Shown: positions 27,651 through 38,795, numbered from the stretch's first letter. The stretch is DNA of 64,000 nt from Candidatus Obscuribacterales bacterium (GCA_965228855.1 CBDDIJ010000005.1:32001-96000), one strand, 5' to 3'. Translations and numbers: made by a program. Notes: generated by a model from the letters alone, not told the origin.

Positions 27651-28646
27651 TCATATGGCCGTCCATGCACCACCGACGAAACCGAATGCAGATCTGAAAG
27701 ACTCGTTCTGAATTTGTTTCAACTCGCTAAAATCAATCACATCATGATCGATCAGTCGTTCGTACTCACCAGGCAAAGTACACGGTGATGGATTACGTCC
27801 AGGGTTGTCTGTGCAAACAGCAATTGCAACGCCGGCTTCGCGACATCTTTCAAACACGACTCGAAGTTCTGAAAAGTCTTTCAATACTCCCGTCTGCCGA
27901 TAACTCGTAGGGCAGACTTCAAGCGTAATTTGTTTTCTAGCCAACTCTTTCAACATCTCCGGTTTGACCAGAGGAATGTGAATGCCATGACCTATTCGAT
28001 CGAGGACGTTGAAGTATTGAGGGAAAACATTTTCAATGCCGGTCTCGCCGAGGTGACAGGTTGTTTTGAGACCACACGCCCTCGCCTTACCGAGAAGAGA
28101 AACCCACTCCTCGAATTTCTCCGGATTGATCTCAGGCCCGGCAAGATCGATCCCGACGACCGGACCCAAGTTGTCTTGCGCGCATTTTAGAATTGCCTCG
28201 TTGATTTCGAGAGGCAACCGTCGATCGAGACAGAGGATTTGTTTCACGACGATCGGGTAATCAGAAGGACGTACATTCGCCGAAATTACTTCAACGATTC
28301 CGTTCATCTGACCGAGTCGCTTCTCCGTCGAATCTTTGTGGTTGGTTCGGAAAAATGGGTTGTATCGTAACTCCATGTACTGAAGATTTTCGAAGGTGTA
28401 GGCACCGCGGCACAGTCGCACACAGAAGTAGGGCAGGTGCTCAACGCTCTGCAACTCTTCGACAAGTGAGTGGATCTTCACAAACTCTTCCAGCGTTCTG
28501 CACGGTCTGGTGAACCAATTGTAGAAACCATCGTAATCAGGGAAATATTGCAAGGTAGCATGATCGTGCCTTTGCAAAAATTTGTAGATAATCCGAGGAT
28601 GCAGTGCGCCACCAAGATGTCTGTGCAAATCTGCATACAATGCCAT
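27651..28646 (-). CDS. add: adenosine deaminase family protein
   Basis: Motifs DLHRHLGG, YMELRY.P, VVGIDLAGPE, T.HLGE, RIGHG, LEVCPTS, TDNP. Confidence 0.88.
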   Translation of the reverse strand: MALYADLHRHLGGALHPRIIYKFLQRHDHATLQYFPDYDGFYNWFTRPCRTLEEFVKIHSLVEELQSVEHLPYFCVRLCRGAYTFENLQYMELRYNPFFRTNHKDSTEKRLGQMNGIVEVISANVRPSDYPIVVKQILCLDRRLPLEINEAILKCAQDNLGPVVGIDLAGPEINPEKFEEWVSLLGKARACGLKTTCHLGETGIENVFPQYFNVLDRIGHGIHIPLVKPEMLKELARKQITLEVCPTSYRQTGVLKDFSELRVVFERCREAGVAIAVCTDNPGRNPSPCTLPGEYERLIDHDVIDFSELKQIQNESFRSAFGFVGGAWTAI

Positions 28647-28832
28647 GTGTGTTCTCTCCTAAGCTTCCAAGAAATTTCTTCCCGAATACAACGATTTCTG
28701 AACGCGAAATCAATACATCAGAGTATACGCCTGCAAGGCAACGTGCCTGTTAGATTTGCCGACGGTTTCAGTTGCAAACAGATGCGGTATATATCAAGCA
28801 CGTTCGAGTTATCAGACCATAGCGACGGCGCT

Positions 28833-29522
28833 GTGAGGCTAAACAGAATTATTCGCTCGAGAAGACACACAAAATTAGTCCTGGGCAAATTTGCTATTTG
28901 CCTCTCCATCGCTTCTCTCTGCTCCGTCATTAGCGAGAAAGAAACTTTCGCCGATGGTGACCCTATAGTTCGCATAGACACGACCAAAGGACCGATTTTC
29001 TGTCGTGTGTTTCGTTCTGCGGTACCGATGACATCAAGCAATTTTCTAGAAATTGCATCGACGGGATTCTACAGCGGCAAAATTTTTCATCGCATCGAAA
29101 ACTGGTGTATCCAGGGTGGCGATCCGAATGGAAATGGCACAGGTGCATACACCGATCCGAATACGGGTGCACCTCGTTACATAAACCTGGAGATAAATCG
29201 CAACTTGCATCACACCGGTGGCACACTCGCGATGGCAAGATCGAATGCCCCCAATTCTGCAAGCTGCCAGTTCTACATCACCAAGTGTCCGATGTATCAG
29301 CTCGACGGCAAGTACGCAATCTTCGGTCAAGTGGTCGGCGGAATGAATGCAGTCATGGCAATGCGTCGCGGGGATGTGATCCAGAATGTTTCAATCGTTC
29401 AATCGCAACCTCAACAACAGGGACAATCGGGCGGAAGCGGCCAACGCCAGCAGCAGCGCGGACGAAACACCCCGCAGGTTCCCTACGAACCACCTTCTGA
29501 AATTCCTGACAGCAACTTCTAA
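28833..29522 (+). CDS. exported cyclophilin-type peptidyl-prolyl cis-trans isomerase (start uncertain: 28782 or 28833)
   Basis: Motifs FY.G.IFHRI..W.IQGGDP.G.GTG, GTLAMAR, SA.CQFYIT, LDGKYAIFGQV. The track start at 28470 overlaps the add gene and is rejected. Confidence 0.9.
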   Translation: MRLNRIIRSRRHTKLVLGKFAICLSIASLCSVISEKETFADGDPIVRIDTTKGPIFCRVFRSAVPMTSSNFLEIASTGFYSGKIFHRIENWCIQGGDPNGNGTGAYTDPNTGAPRYINLEINRNLHHTGGTLAMARSNAPNSASCQFYITKCPMYQLDGKYAIFGQVVGGMNAVMAMRRGDVIQNVSIVQSQPQQQGQSGGSGQRQQQRGRNTPQVPYEPPSEIPDSNF

Positions 29523-29555
29523 ACAACGAGATTGGAAACGCTTTGAGCCTATTGG

Positions 29556-30182
29556 TTAAAACTGACGCAATGCATGGGTGAGCGGATTCGAGCGTGACTG
29601 ATCGTCATCAAAACGACAGTCACGATTCAAAGCATCCTTCAATCGACGCACGTACTCACTTCTTGGAATATTGCGTGCGCTAAAAGTCCCCAGGTGCTCC
29701 GTCATGTATTGAGAATCAAGAAGTGTGAAATTTCTCTCCTTCATTCGCTCGACGAGATAGACGAGACTAACTTTCGAAGCATCTGTCTCAACGTGAAACA
29801 TGCTTTCTCCCATGAAGGCACCACCGACCGCGACACCATACAAGCCACCAGCGAGTTGACCCTTATAGAACGCTTCGACCGAATGCGCAAAACCCATCTC
29901 GTGAAGTTCTGTGTAGACTCGAATGATCTCATCGGTGATCCACGTGCTGTCACGCTTGGCGCACATACGAATTACATCGTCCCAAGCCGTGTTGACTCTC
30001 ATGTCGAACTTACCGCTCCTGAATGTTCGCATCAATCGCCTGGAAGCGTGAAAGTCTTCCAAATCGATAATGCAGCGAGGGTCAGGCGAATACCAGTAGA
30101 TCGAACCATCATCATTGCCCATCGGAAAAATTGCCTGCGTGTAAGCGGCAAGAACAAGCTGAGCGGTGAATGGTTGATGCAC
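29556..30182 (-). CDS. aat: leucyl/phenylalanyl-tRNA--protein transferase
   Basis: Motifs AY.Q.IFPM, WYSPDPR, TWI, AHSVE, GGLYGV, GESMF, DASKV. Confidence 0.95.
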   Translation of the reverse strand: MHQPFTAQLVLAAYTQAIFPMGNDDGSIYWYSPDPRCIIDLEDFHASRRLMRTFRSGKFDMRVNTAWDDVIRMCAKRDSTWITDEIIRVYTELHEMGFAHSVEAFYKGQLAGGLYGVAVGGAFMGESMFHVETDASKVSLVYLVERMKERNFTLLDSQYMTEHLGTFSARNIPRSEYVRRLKDALNRDCRFDDDQSRSNPLTHALRQF

Positions 30183-30254
30183 GGAAATTGGTTGCGAACC
30201 GTCTGACGTTGATTGAAACTTATCGGGTTTCTCGAATAGTAATTCAGCCTACGC

Positions 30255-30725
30255 TCAATTCTTACCCGTTTTCGTCGCTGATGACTTCACTATTGTTTTG
30301 GCTGTACCATTGAGCGACGGAGATGAAGGATTGGAAGCGCCGGAAGTAGTGGGTGTCAGACTCCTGAGATAGGCGATCAAATCTTTCATTTGCTCCTCAC
30401 TGATTACATCCTTTCCGAATGCAGGCATACTTGCACCCGGAACACCTTTGCGAATCAGCTTCTCGATCTTCTCGTCATTCGGATATCTCTTCGCAAAAGA
30501 TTCACCCTTCAATGGTCGACTGGGATGAACCGAATTGCCGCCGCCTCGATGGCAATCCACACAGGTAAGACTTTCAAAGATCTCTTGACCCTTCTTCGCG
30601 TCTCCCCTGGTCGAAGACAATGTTGGCGTCGCCATAAATAGCGAAACGATTACCAGAGTTGTGTATGCAAATTTCTTCATCGACTTACGTGTAGTTGAAA
30701 CGGCATCTGTACGAGCCAAATTCAT
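30255..30725 (-). CDS. class I c-type cytochrome, cytochrome c6-like (start probably ATG 30680)
   Basis: Signal peptide; GDAKKG.EIF; heme motif CVDCH followed by GGGN; distal MPAFG; YL.SL. Confidence 0.88.
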   Translation of the reverse strand: MNLARTDAVSTTRKSMKKFAYTTLVIVSLFMATPTLSSTRGDAKKGQEIFESLTCVDCHRGGGNSVHPSRPLKGESFAKRYPNDEKIEKLIRKGVPGASMPAFGKDVISEEQMKDLIAYLRSLTPTTSGASNPSSPSLNGTAKTIVKSSATKTGKN

Positions 30726-30766
30726 CTTAGCGAAATTCGATAGACTTTGCAGCTCTGTATTGCGCT

Positions 30767-31303
30767 TCAGGCAAGCAGATTCGGTTTATAAACCTTGAAT
30801 GAGTATTCGATGCCGTTCTCGCTCTGAATCTCAGAACTGGTTAGTAGTTGAAAGAATTGCTTGTAGTCCGGGAAAAATGTGTCACAGTCAAAACGATGGC
30901 GTACTTCCGTCAGATAAAGCAATCCGATTCGATGATCTTGAAGGGCCTGGTTATAGATTTCGGCACCGCCGATGATGAAGACTTGTTCTACCGGTCCTTT
31001 CTCCAGGTGCTCGAATGCTTCGTCCAGAGATGCGAACCGAAACACTCCATCAGGAACGTAATATGTTTCATTGCGTGAAAGCACGACGTTGTACCTTCCG
31101 GATAGTGGACGAAAATTGGGCGGAATAGACTCCCAGGTTTTCCGTCCCATGATCACTGCGTTATATTTTCCGGGCGCGGTTGTTTCGGTCGTAATCTGCT
31201 TAAAGTATTTAAGGTCGCCGGAGAGCCGCCAGGGAAGCTGGTTATTCTTTCCGATCCCGCGATTCAAATCGCAGGCGACAACAATGTTGAAACGTTCATT
31301 CAT
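30767..31303 (-). CDS. folA: dihydrofolate reductase
   Basis: Motifs GIG.NN.LPW.L..DL.YF, VIMGRKTWES, RPL.GR.N.VLSR, IIGGAEIY, DTFFP. Confidence 0.97.
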   Translation of the reverse strand: MNERFNIVVACDLNRGIGKNNQLPWRLSGDLKYFKQITTETTAPGKYNAVIMGRKTWESIPPNFRPLSGRYNVVLSRNETYYVPDGVFRFASLDEAFEHLEKGPVEQVFIIGGAEIYNQALQDHRIGLLYLTEVRHRFDCDTFFPDYKQFFQLLTSSEIQSENGIEYSFKVYKPNLLA

Positions 31304-31326
31304 CTCTGCGGCTATTCCAGATTGTT

Positions 31327-32145
31327 CTAAACCGACACCGGGAATTTGATGAAACCCTGATGCACGTAATCGTGCAGTTGGAAATCCTCATATTGCAGAT
31401 CGAACAAAGGTTTCTTCGCAATCTCAACTCGCGGCAACGAACCAGGTGTTCGCGCTAACTGTTTTTCCAATCCTTCCAGGTGATCGAGATAAATATGAGC
31501 GTCACCAAATGTGTGCGTAAAAATTCCGGGAGTTAGATTGCATTCGTTTGCCACCATCATCAGAAGCAGCGCGTAGCTTGCGATGTTAAAAGGCACTCCC
31601 AATGCCATGTCCGCCGAACGTTGATAAAGCTGAAGATCGAGGCGGCCTGTTTGTGAAACGTAAAATTGAAACATCATATGACAAGGAGGCAAAGCCATCT
31701 TATCGATATCAGATACGTTCCACGCATTTACAATCAATCGACGCGAGTCGGGGTTAGTCTTGATTTGATCGATCACATTTTGAATTTGATCGATGTGACC
31801 TTTCTTATACGAATCAGAACCGAGGTCATATTCGAATTTCGGCCACTTGCGCCACTGATATCCATATATAGGTCCGAGTTCGCCATTCTCATCCGCCCAC
31901 GCATTCCAGATTGGCGTGTACTGTGCAAGATCGTCATTGATGTTTGTCGAGCCACGCAAAAACCAGAGTAGTTCGCGCAACACACCATCGAATTTCACTT
32001 TCTTGGTAGTAAGTAGAGGAAAGCCTTCTCTTAGATCGTACTTAGATTGCAAACCGAACATTGATATCGTGCCGGTTCCAGTCCGGTCTTCACGACGCTC
32101 ACCGTTTTCCAAAATATATCTAACCAGATCCAAGTACTGCTTCAT
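31327..32145 (-). CDS. thyA: thymidylate synthase
   Basis: Motifs [52 protein letters not shown]. Confidence 0.97.
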   Translation of the reverse strand: MKQYLDLVRYILENGERREDRTGTGTISMFGLQSKYDLREGFPLLTTKKVKFDGVLRELLWFLRGSTNINDDLAQYTPIWNAWADENGELGPIYGYQWRKWPKFEYDLGSDSYKKGHIDQIQNVIDQIKTNPDSRRLIVNAWNVSDIDKMALPPCHMMFQFYVSQTGRLDLQLYQRSADMALGVPFNIASYALLLMMVANECNLTPGIFTHTFGDAHIYLDHLEGLEKQLARTPGSLPRVEIAKKPLFDLQYEDFQLHDYVHQGFIKFPVSV

Positions 32146-32479
32146 AGTTCACCTCGGGATCTCCCCGCGCACATGTCCAGGGGAGGTCGATCCATATTTT
32201 TCGCGACGCAGGAAAAGCGCTCCACGACTGGCTTTCCTTTGTTCATACATTTGCAAGGATAACACGTTTTCCAGGCAGTGATGTCAGCTCATTCGCGATC
32301 TCAAGCAGTTAAAACCTATTGAAACCTTTGCTTGTCAACAACAACCTCGATTTCGAGAAACCCTAATCTATATATATTTACTTCAACTATAAATCTAGGA
32401 TGAGCAATTCCAGCGATCCGGAAAATGCCGGGTAAGCTAAGTCTTCGTTCAACGGCTTCAATTTGGGAGAAAAACGGAG

Positions 32480-34033
32480 ATGCTCACAGAGTTTCGCAAT
32501 GAACCTTTTACTGATTACAAGCAAAAGGATAACGAAGATGCCATGAGAGCTGCATTCGAGAAAGTCAGAGGCTGCTTCGGCAAATCGCATCCTCTCATCA
32601 TCGGTGGTAAAGAAATTACGACCGGAGATGAAATGATCTCGACCAATCCCGGAAATCCCAGCGAAATCGTCGGCAAATTTTCAAAAGCCGGTATGAAAGA
32701 AGCTGAACTCGCAATGGACGAAGCGCTCAAAGCATTCGATTCATGGAGCAAAGTAAATCCCACTGAACGCGCTCGATATTTATTCAAAGCAGCGGCAATC
32801 ATGCGCGCAAGAAAGCACGAGTTCTCCGCATTGCTCTGCCTGGAAATTGGCAAGAACTGGGCTGAAGCTGATGCAGACACCGCGGAAGCAATCGACTTCT
32901 GTGAGTTTTACGGACGAGAGATGATGCGTCTCTCGCAACCGCAGCCGCTTACAGCATGGCCCGGTGAAGAGAACGAATTGAGCTACATTCCGCTCGGAGT
33001 TGGTCTGGTAATACCGCCCTGGAATTTCCCGCTCGCCATCTGCGTTGGCATGACCACCGCAGCAATCGTCAGCGGCAACTCCGTAATATTGAAACCTTCG
33101 AGCGAAACGCCAATGATCGCTTATGCGTTCTGCAAGGTAATGGAAGAAGCCGGTCTCCCGCCGGGAGTGCTCAACTTCGTCCCTGGTCCTGGCGCATCGG
33201 TCGGCGACTTCCTGGTCACTCACGCGAAGACCCGCTTTATCGCCTTCACCGGAAGTAAGGAAGTCGGTCTGCGAATAAATGAACTTGCAGCCAAGCCACA
33301 AAAAGGACAACTCTGGATCAAGCGAGTTGTAGCCGAGATGGGAGGCAAGGATTCGATCGTTGTCGACAAAGACGCCGATCTTGATAGTGCCGCCGATGGT
33401 ATCGTCGCTTCCGCATTCGGATTCCAGGGACAAAAGTGCAGCGCCTGCTCGCGCGCCATCATCGTCGCAGACATCTACGATGAGATGGTCAAGAAAATCA
33501 AAGAGCGCACCGACAAACTGAAAATCGGAAAGTGCGAAGATCGCGACATCAACATGGGACCGGTCGCATCGAAATCAGCCTATGAAAGCATTCTCTCGTA
33601 CATTGAAGTAGGTAAGACCGAAGGCAAAGTAATTTCCGGCGGAGGAAAGGACGAGAGCAACAATGATGGTTTCTTCATCAAACCAACAGTGATAGCAGAT
33701 GTCGCACCAGGAGCCCGTATTTCTCAAGAAGAGATTTTCGGACCGGTTCTGGCCGTCATCAAAGCGAAGGATTGGACCGATGCGATCGATATTGCCAATA
33801 ACACTGAGTTTGGTTTGACTGGCGCGGTTTATTCGAAAAACAGAGCGCATATCGAGCAAGCTCGCCGCGACTTCCACGTCGGTAATTTGTATTTGAACCG
33901 GAAGTGCACCGGTGCGATGGTAGGCGTCCATCCCTTCGGCGGATTCAACATGAGCGGCACTGACTCCAAAGCTGGTGGCAAAGACTATTTGCTGTTGTTC
34001 ATGCAAGGCAAATCGGTGTCCGAGCGCTTCTGA
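32480..34033 (+). CDS. pruA: L-glutamate gamma-semialdehyde (P5C) dehydrogenase
   Basis: Motifs F.NEP, PWNFP, FTGS.EVG, EMGGK, FQGQKCSACSR, EEIFGPV, NRKCTGA.VG..PFGG..MSGT. Confidence 0.93.
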   Translation: MLTEFRNEPFTDYKQKDNEDAMRAAFEKVRGCFGKSHPLIIGGKEITTGDEMISTNPGNPSEIVGKFSKAGMKEAELAMDEALKAFDSWSKVNPTERARYLFKAAAIMRARKHEFSALLCLEIGKNWAEADADTAEAIDFCEFYGREMMRLSQPQPLTAWPGEENELSYIPLGVGLVIPPWNFPLAICVGMTTAAIVSGNSVILKPSSETPMIAYAFCKVMEEAGLPPGVLNFVPGPGASVGDFLVTHAKTRFIAFTGSKEVGLRINELAAKPQKGQLWIKRVVAEMGGKDSIVVDKDADLDSAADGIVASAFGFQGQKCSACSRAIIVADIYDEMVKKIKERTDKLKIGKCEDRDINMGPVASKSAYESILSYIEVGKTEGKVISGGGKDESNNDGFFIKPTVIADVAPGARISQEEIFGPVLAVIKAKDWTDAIDIANNTEFGLTGAVYSKNRAHIEQARRDFHVGNLYLNRKCTGAMVGVHPFGGFNMSGTDSKAGGKDYLLLFMQGKSVSERF

Positions 34034-34060
34034 TCGCTGCCATACTGCTTACTTAAATCG

Positions 34061-34089
34061 AGAGGAGATGTTTCGGCATCTCCTCTTTT
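34061..34089 (+). terminator. intrinsic terminator
   Basis: AGAGGAGATG-TTTCGG-CATCTCCTCT followed by TTT. Confidence 0.85.
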
Positions 34090-34347
34090 GACCTCATGAA
34101 ATCTAGAAAGCGGTTTCAAATTAGCAACAATTGGAGATGCCGACAGAGATATTGACAACAAGCGGACCCATTCGAATCGCTCGATTTCGTTGAGCTAAGG
34201 CTATCGCAGACATAGTCAAGTGATTCGAAGGACGTCCGGATTGGCTTTTGGAGGTCGTTGTTACCTAAAAGGTCTGCTAAACTACATATCCGGTACTTTT
34301 AGTAAGGCAGCCCTAGATGCGGACACGAAACCTGGTGGGAGGATTAG

Positions 34348-34785
34348 ATGGTTGAATCCATTCAACTCATCCGACAAATTGCTGTAAGAGCGATCGTCAC
34401 TGAGAACTTCAAAAACCAGGTGAGCAACGAAATTCAGCGCAACCTTCAGCAAATTGACGCTGAGTTGCAGCAACTCGAATTCAAGGGCAAGCGCGCAGTA
34501 TCCGAAATCGAAAAGCGCTCTCAGGGCGTGATGACCGCCGATGCCCGTGTGCAGATCGAAACTATTCGTGGTCAGGTCGAGCAAGAAAAAATGCGACTGC
34601 TTCAGCTCAAAGAAGAGATGATGGGGCAGAATCAAGCACTTTCCGAGCTTCCGATTGGTAGCGTAGTAACGCAGTTTACGGTTGAAAACCCGGTTGAAGT
34701 CAGAGTCGGCGAGAATATCTTCCAACGTCTCGAAGGCGGTGAGATTCTCGTCAAAGACGGCATCATTCAGGAGATCCGAATTTAG
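34348..34785 (+). CDS. YlqD-family protein
   Basis: I.L.R.I.V.AIVTE..K, then a coiled coil, then V.VG.N....L...EILVKDG.I.EIR; GGGAGG RBS. Confidence 0.85.
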   Translation: MVESIQLIRQIAVRAIVTENFKNQVSNEIQRNLQQIDAELQQLEFKGKRAVSEIEKRSQGVMTADARVQIETIRGQVEQEKMRLLQLKEEMMGQNQALSELPIGSVVTQFTVENPVEVRVGENIFQRLEGGEILVKDGIIQEIRI

Positions 34786-34811
34786 AAAACGAATTCACCA
34801 GGCGTGTTTTG

Positions 34812-34838
34812 AGGCGACTCCGATCCGGGTCGCCTTTT
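34812..34838 (+). terminator. intrinsic terminator
   Basis: AGGCGACTC-CGATCC-GGGTCGCCT followed by TTT, after ylqD. Confidence 0.75.
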
Positions 34839-35092
34839 AGTTACTGCCACTACATATGGTGCCGAAACGGTCATAGTTCGACAGACAGCATCGTCACGCC
34901 GCCGCCGAAAGTAACGCTCGACGATCAAAGATTTGGAAGCACCACCAACGGTGACTATCACTGGAAATATCATCACTGAAACGAGTGCGTCCAAGAGTGT
35001 GTTGTTTACCAAAGAACTAAGGTCCAAGCGAGACTCTTAGGTTTGGCCAGCAGTTGTGCTCGGCTCAAACGTTATTAGTCCTCAAACGTCGA

Positions 35093-35116
35093 GAGGCGGC
35101 TCAATTGAGCCGCCTC
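35093..35116. terminator. perfect 24-bp palindrome; probable terminator of the sigma factor gene
   Basis: GAGGCGGCTCAATTGAGCCGCCTC, 36 nt beyond the sigma gene stop codon. Confidence 0.6.
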
Positions 35117-35151
35117 CAATATCGAGATTCCTGCAAAATCAATGACTCGAC

Positions 35152-36168
35152 TTACTCTTCGAGATAATCCTTCAGCTGGTCGCTAGCCTGAGATTGTCTC
35201 AAAAAGCGAAGTGCTTTGAGTTCAATCTGACGTGTGCGCTCACGAGTAATGCCGACAAGTCTTCCGACCTGCTCGAGCGTCCGTGGCTTTCCGTCATTCA
35301 GACCGAAACGCAGAATCAAGACTTCGCGCTCGCGCGCTGTCAGTACAGACAGCACTTTTCGGACATCGTCCGACATGAGACTTGTCGCAGTCGCGTCTTC
35401 AGGAGTCTTTGAAGACTCATCTTCGACTAGCTCGGCTAGCGTGTTGTCATCGTCTTCGCCATATGGAGTATCCAGCGACAGCGGCGATCGGTTTGCGGCC
35501 AAAATATCTTTGACTTTAGCAAGCGAAACATCCATTTCTTTCGCGAGTTCTTCCATTGTCGGTCTGCGGTCGAGCTTTTGAGACAACGACCGAGTTGCTT
35601 TACGCAGGTTATTGATGGTCTCTACCATGTGAACCGGCACGCGAATCGTTCGAGATTTGTCGGCCAGCGCTCGGGTGATACCTTGTCTTATCCACCAGGT
35701 TGCATAGGTGGAGAACTTGTATCCGCGCTCCGGATCAAACTTTTCGGCAGCGCGGATAAGACCGAGATTGCCTTCCTGAATAAGGTCGAGAAAGGGCAAT
35801 CCACGATTCTGATACTTCTTAGCGACGCTTACGACGAGGCGCAGATTGGCCTGCACGAGCCGCTTCTTCGCCAGAGGATCGCCGGCGGCGACACGACGAG
35901 CCAGCTCGATCTCCTCACTAGCCGATAGAAGCTTTACTCTACCAATAGATCGTAGATAGAATTGAACCGGGTCTTCCGATACGACCACTCCACCGCGACG
36001 CTTGGTCGCGATAGCGACGTTTTCTTCGCCATCATCACTATCATCAAACAAATCATCATCGGCGGAACTCGCCGCGAAATCTGCTCCAGGGAATGAAGGC
36101 ATGAATTCGTCTAGACCGATCTCGTCGGCCATCGGACTATAGTTTTGTGTACTTGCTCTTCTTGCCAT
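35152..36168 (-). CDS. RpoD/SigA-family sigma-70 factor lacking region 1.1 (group 1/2; start uncertain)
   Basis: Region 1.2 [11 protein letters not shown]; regions 2.1-2.4 [35 protein letters not shown]; region 4 TLEQVG...TRER.RQIE.KAL. Confidence 0.93.
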   Translation of the reverse strand: MARRASTQNYSPMADEIGLDEFMPSFPGADFAASSADDDLFDDSDDGEENVAIATKRRGGVVVSEDPVQFYLRSIGRVKLLSASEEIELARRVAAGDPLAKKRLVQANLRLVVSVAKKYQNRGLPFLDLIQEGNLGLIRAAEKFDPERGYKFSTYATWWIRQGITRALADKSRTIRVPVHMVETINNLRKATRSLSQKLDRRPTMEELAKEMDVSLAKVKDILAANRSPLSLDTPYGEDDDNTLAELVEDESSKTPEDATATSLMSDDVRKVLSVLTAREREVLILRFGLNDGKPRTLEQVGRLVGITRERTRQIELKALRFLRQSQASDQLKDYLEE

Positions 36169-36711
36169 TGTGTCCGTGTAGCTTTTCACTACTCTTGGGG
36201 TTGAGAGAAACGTCCTGTTCAGGTGTGGGCACAAAACTTCCGCCCTTGTAAAAAAGCGGTTAACTCATTTTGTCCAAACCCACAAATTGGGGTGACGCCT
36301 TCCCTATTAAAATGTTCCACCCTTTCCCTTGATAACCGGGTTAACCCTAGATCTGTTTTGCATAGTGTTACCATTGCGATCAGCTCAGGCTATTACCGCG
36401 TAAAACGCCCATCTGGTCAGGGTTTTCATTCCCGAACAATGTAGATGTTCAGACGTCACATCCTTATACTTCCATACGACGATAAGCCACGGAACGCCCA
36501 CCAGTACAGTTAACTTACTGAACGTCCCCGAGCATGAGAATCACCCGGGTGATGTTCACCAGTGTCCGTTTTTATCGCTTTCGTCTACTTCAGTAAGCAA
36601 CTTTCTCTGAGAATTGTCTGAAGAACGCAAGCCTGGCGACAATTGAACATTTCAAGCTGATAGTCTTGCCTGGTTACAAGACCGCTTATTCGTACGAAAT
36701 AGGATACAACC

Positions 36712-37926
36712 GTGAGGCATATTCACACAAAAACCAGGGCGCTGCTTGCCTTCGCAGCCTTGCTAGCGATGATTTCGCCCTCTCCGTCAATCGCAGCCGG
36801 CGCTGACGACTACAGTGTCAAACCGACGGCACCCGCCATTAAGACGACGCCAGAATCGACATCCGAACCATCGATGGAGATGCCGGAGATCAAATACGAA
36901 CTCGGCAAACAGCCGTTGAAACAGCATCCGGGAGGCGCCTCCAACGAAGCGACCGCGCTGAACTTTCCGATCTCCAAGGGACTCGCTGGTGTTTCAATGT
37001 TTCTGAAACCAGGCGCCCTGCGTGAGCTTCACTGGCACGCAAACGCGGCAGAGTGGGCGTATGTCATCAATGGTCACTGCAGAATCACCATTATCGATCC
37101 CGAAGGCCATAAGGAAATCAAAGATTTCGGTCCAGGTGACGTCTGGTACTTCCCTCGCGGTCACGGTCACTCAATCCAGGGTATCGGACCGGAAGAGTGT
37201 CATTTCATACTCGTTTTCGACAGCGGTTATTTTTCCGAGTTTGCCACTTTCAGCGCAAGCGATTGGATTGCGCAAACTCCATCCGAAGTCCTCGCGAAAA
37301 ACTTTGGCATGTCTGCCTCGGCATTCAAAGATTTCCCGAAGAAGGAGGTTTATATCAGCCAGGGTCCGGTTCCCACGGCGCTTCCGACGGATCCGCCTCC
37401 GGATAGCGACAATCCGCCGCCCCTCACTCACAAATTCTCACTCGGCGGCAAAATTCCGACTGTCACCGCCGGCGGTAGCATGACGCTTGTAGATCAGAAA
37501 CAATTTCCAATCTCTACCACCATGAGCGGTGCGATTCTGAAGATGAAACCGTATGCGATGCGGCAATTGCACTGGCATCCAAACGCCGATGAATGGCAGT
37601 ATTATATCAAAGGTCGCGCCCGCATGACTGTCTTCGGCTCACAGGGGCGGAAAATCACGAGAGAGTTCGGTCCAGGCGATGTAGGCTATGTACCCATGGG
37701 CTACGGGCATTATCTTGAAACGGTAGGAAACGAAGAGTGTGAGATGCTCGCAGTTTTCAACTCTGGAACCTATCAGGAAATCTCTTTGTCCGAATGGCTC
37801 GCAAACACGCCCAAGCAGTTGCTGGAAACCAACTTTGGAGTTTCTCCCAGCATCATCGATTCGCTTCGAAAGGGGGCAGGTCTGTTCAGCAAGCCGATGG
37901 GACCTGTGAGCATTCCGAACGAATAG
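36712..37926 (+). CDS. oxdC: exported oxalate decarboxylase-family bicupin
   Basis: Two Mn-cupin motifs (RELHWH..AEW...G.GH and RQLHWHPNADEW...GYGHY); lid-like FSEFAT retains Glu; signal peptide. Confidence 0.88.
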   Translation: MRHIHTKTRALLAFAALLAMISPSPSIAAGADDYSVKPTAPAIKTTPESTSEPSMEMPEIKYELGKQPLKQHPGGASNEATALNFPISKGLAGVSMFLKPGALRELHWHANAAEWAYVINGHCRITIIDPEGHKEIKDFGPGDVWYFPRGHGHSIQGIGPEECHFILVFDSGYFSEFATFSASDWIAQTPSEVLAKNFGMSASAFKDFPKKEVYISQGPVPTALPTDPPPDSDNPPPLTHKFSLGGKIPTVTAGGSMTLVDQKQFPISTTMSGAILKMKPYAMRQLHWHPNADEWQYYIKGRARMTVFGSQGRKITREFGPGDVGYVPMGYGHYLETVGNEECEMLAVFNSGTYQEISLSEWLANTPKQLLETNFGVSPSIIDSLRKGAGLFSKPMGPVSIPNE

Positions 37927-38785
37927 TTTCAATTCTGTGCGAACCACTATAGATATTGAATCTATCTTCTCTGACAAAACCTACCAGCGTGATGCCGGCT
38001 TCCGAAGCCAGTTCTACGGCAAGACTCGAAGGAGCCCCTACCGCGGCAACCATTCGAATGCCGGCATTTACCCCTTTTTGAATGAGTTCAAAACTGGCGC
38101 GCCCACTGAGAAACAGAATGGACTGATCGAGCGGCACGCTTTTTCGCATCAACATTGCTCCGACGAGCTTGTCGAGGGCGTTATGTCGCCCCACATCTTC
38201 TCTGAGTTCGATTAATCGTCCCGAAGGAGTGAACAGAGCAGACGCGTGAATACCGCCTGTTGTGTCGAAGTCACTCTGCATCAGGCGCACGCTCCGAGAC
38301 ATGGTTGTAAAAACAGTACAATCTACTGTGAAAGAGTCTGATTCCAGGTCCGGTCGCGATAGTAGGCTCGAACAGTTCGGAGCTGAGTTAGAAGCATCAA
38401 CGCGTTTTAAAACGCTTGCAATAGACTTCTTTCCGCATACCCCACAGCTTGAGTTTACATACGAATGTCGTTCCAACCCCTCAAAGGTAAAGGACACACC
38501 GGCTTTGAGCGAGACGACTACGCCGTTGCATTTATCCAGTGTGATTTTATCAATCTGAGAATAGCTTTCAATAATCGACTCTGCAAATAGAAAGCCGGCC
38601 GCGAGTTCGGCATCATTGCCGGGGGTACGCATGGTGACTGCAACTGTTCGGATCTCCCCGTCAAACTCAATCTTTATCTCGAGTGGCTCCTCTACCGACA
38701 AGCTATCGGAACAGGCTTCTAAAGCGCCACCACGGAATTTATGCGTCTCTACCACGACGATGTTTCTGTCGTTTCTTCGCTTCAT
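37886..38785 (-). CDS. fdhD: formate dehydrogenase accessory sulfurtransferase
   Basis: Motifs EEPLEI, TMRTPG.D.ELA.GFL..E, SSCGVCGK, TGG.HA, REDVGRHNALDK, SAP-like GAPSSLA. Its 3' end overlaps oxdC by 41 nt. Confidence 0.95.
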   Translation of the reverse strand: MKRRNDRNIVVVETHKFRGGALEACSDSLSVEEPLEIKIEFDGEIRTVAVTMRTPGNDAELAAGFLFAESIIESYSQIDKITLDKCNGVVVSLKAGVSFTFEGLERHSYVNSSCGVCGKKSIASVLKRVDASNSAPNCSSLLSRPDLESDSFTVDCTVFTTMSRSVRLMQSDFDTTGGIHASALFTPSGRLIELREDVGRHNALDKLVGAMLMRKSVPLDQSILFLSGRASFELIQKGVNAGIRMVAAVGAPSSLAVELASEAGITLVGFVREDRFNIYSGSHRIETIRSECSQVPSAC

Positions 38786-38795
38786 ATCCCCCCCA

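Noticed and set aside
32146..32330. Hairpin upstream of thyA-folA considered as a THF or ZTP riboswitch
   Set aside because: Only one GC-rich stem (GATCTCCCC/GGGGAGGTC); I could not find the conserved aptamer motifs.
34782..35027. 81-aa minus-strand ORF with a hydrophobic stretch
   Set aside because: TTG start, runs through the ylqD terminator and lies beyond the sigma gene terminator; not supportable without homology evidence.
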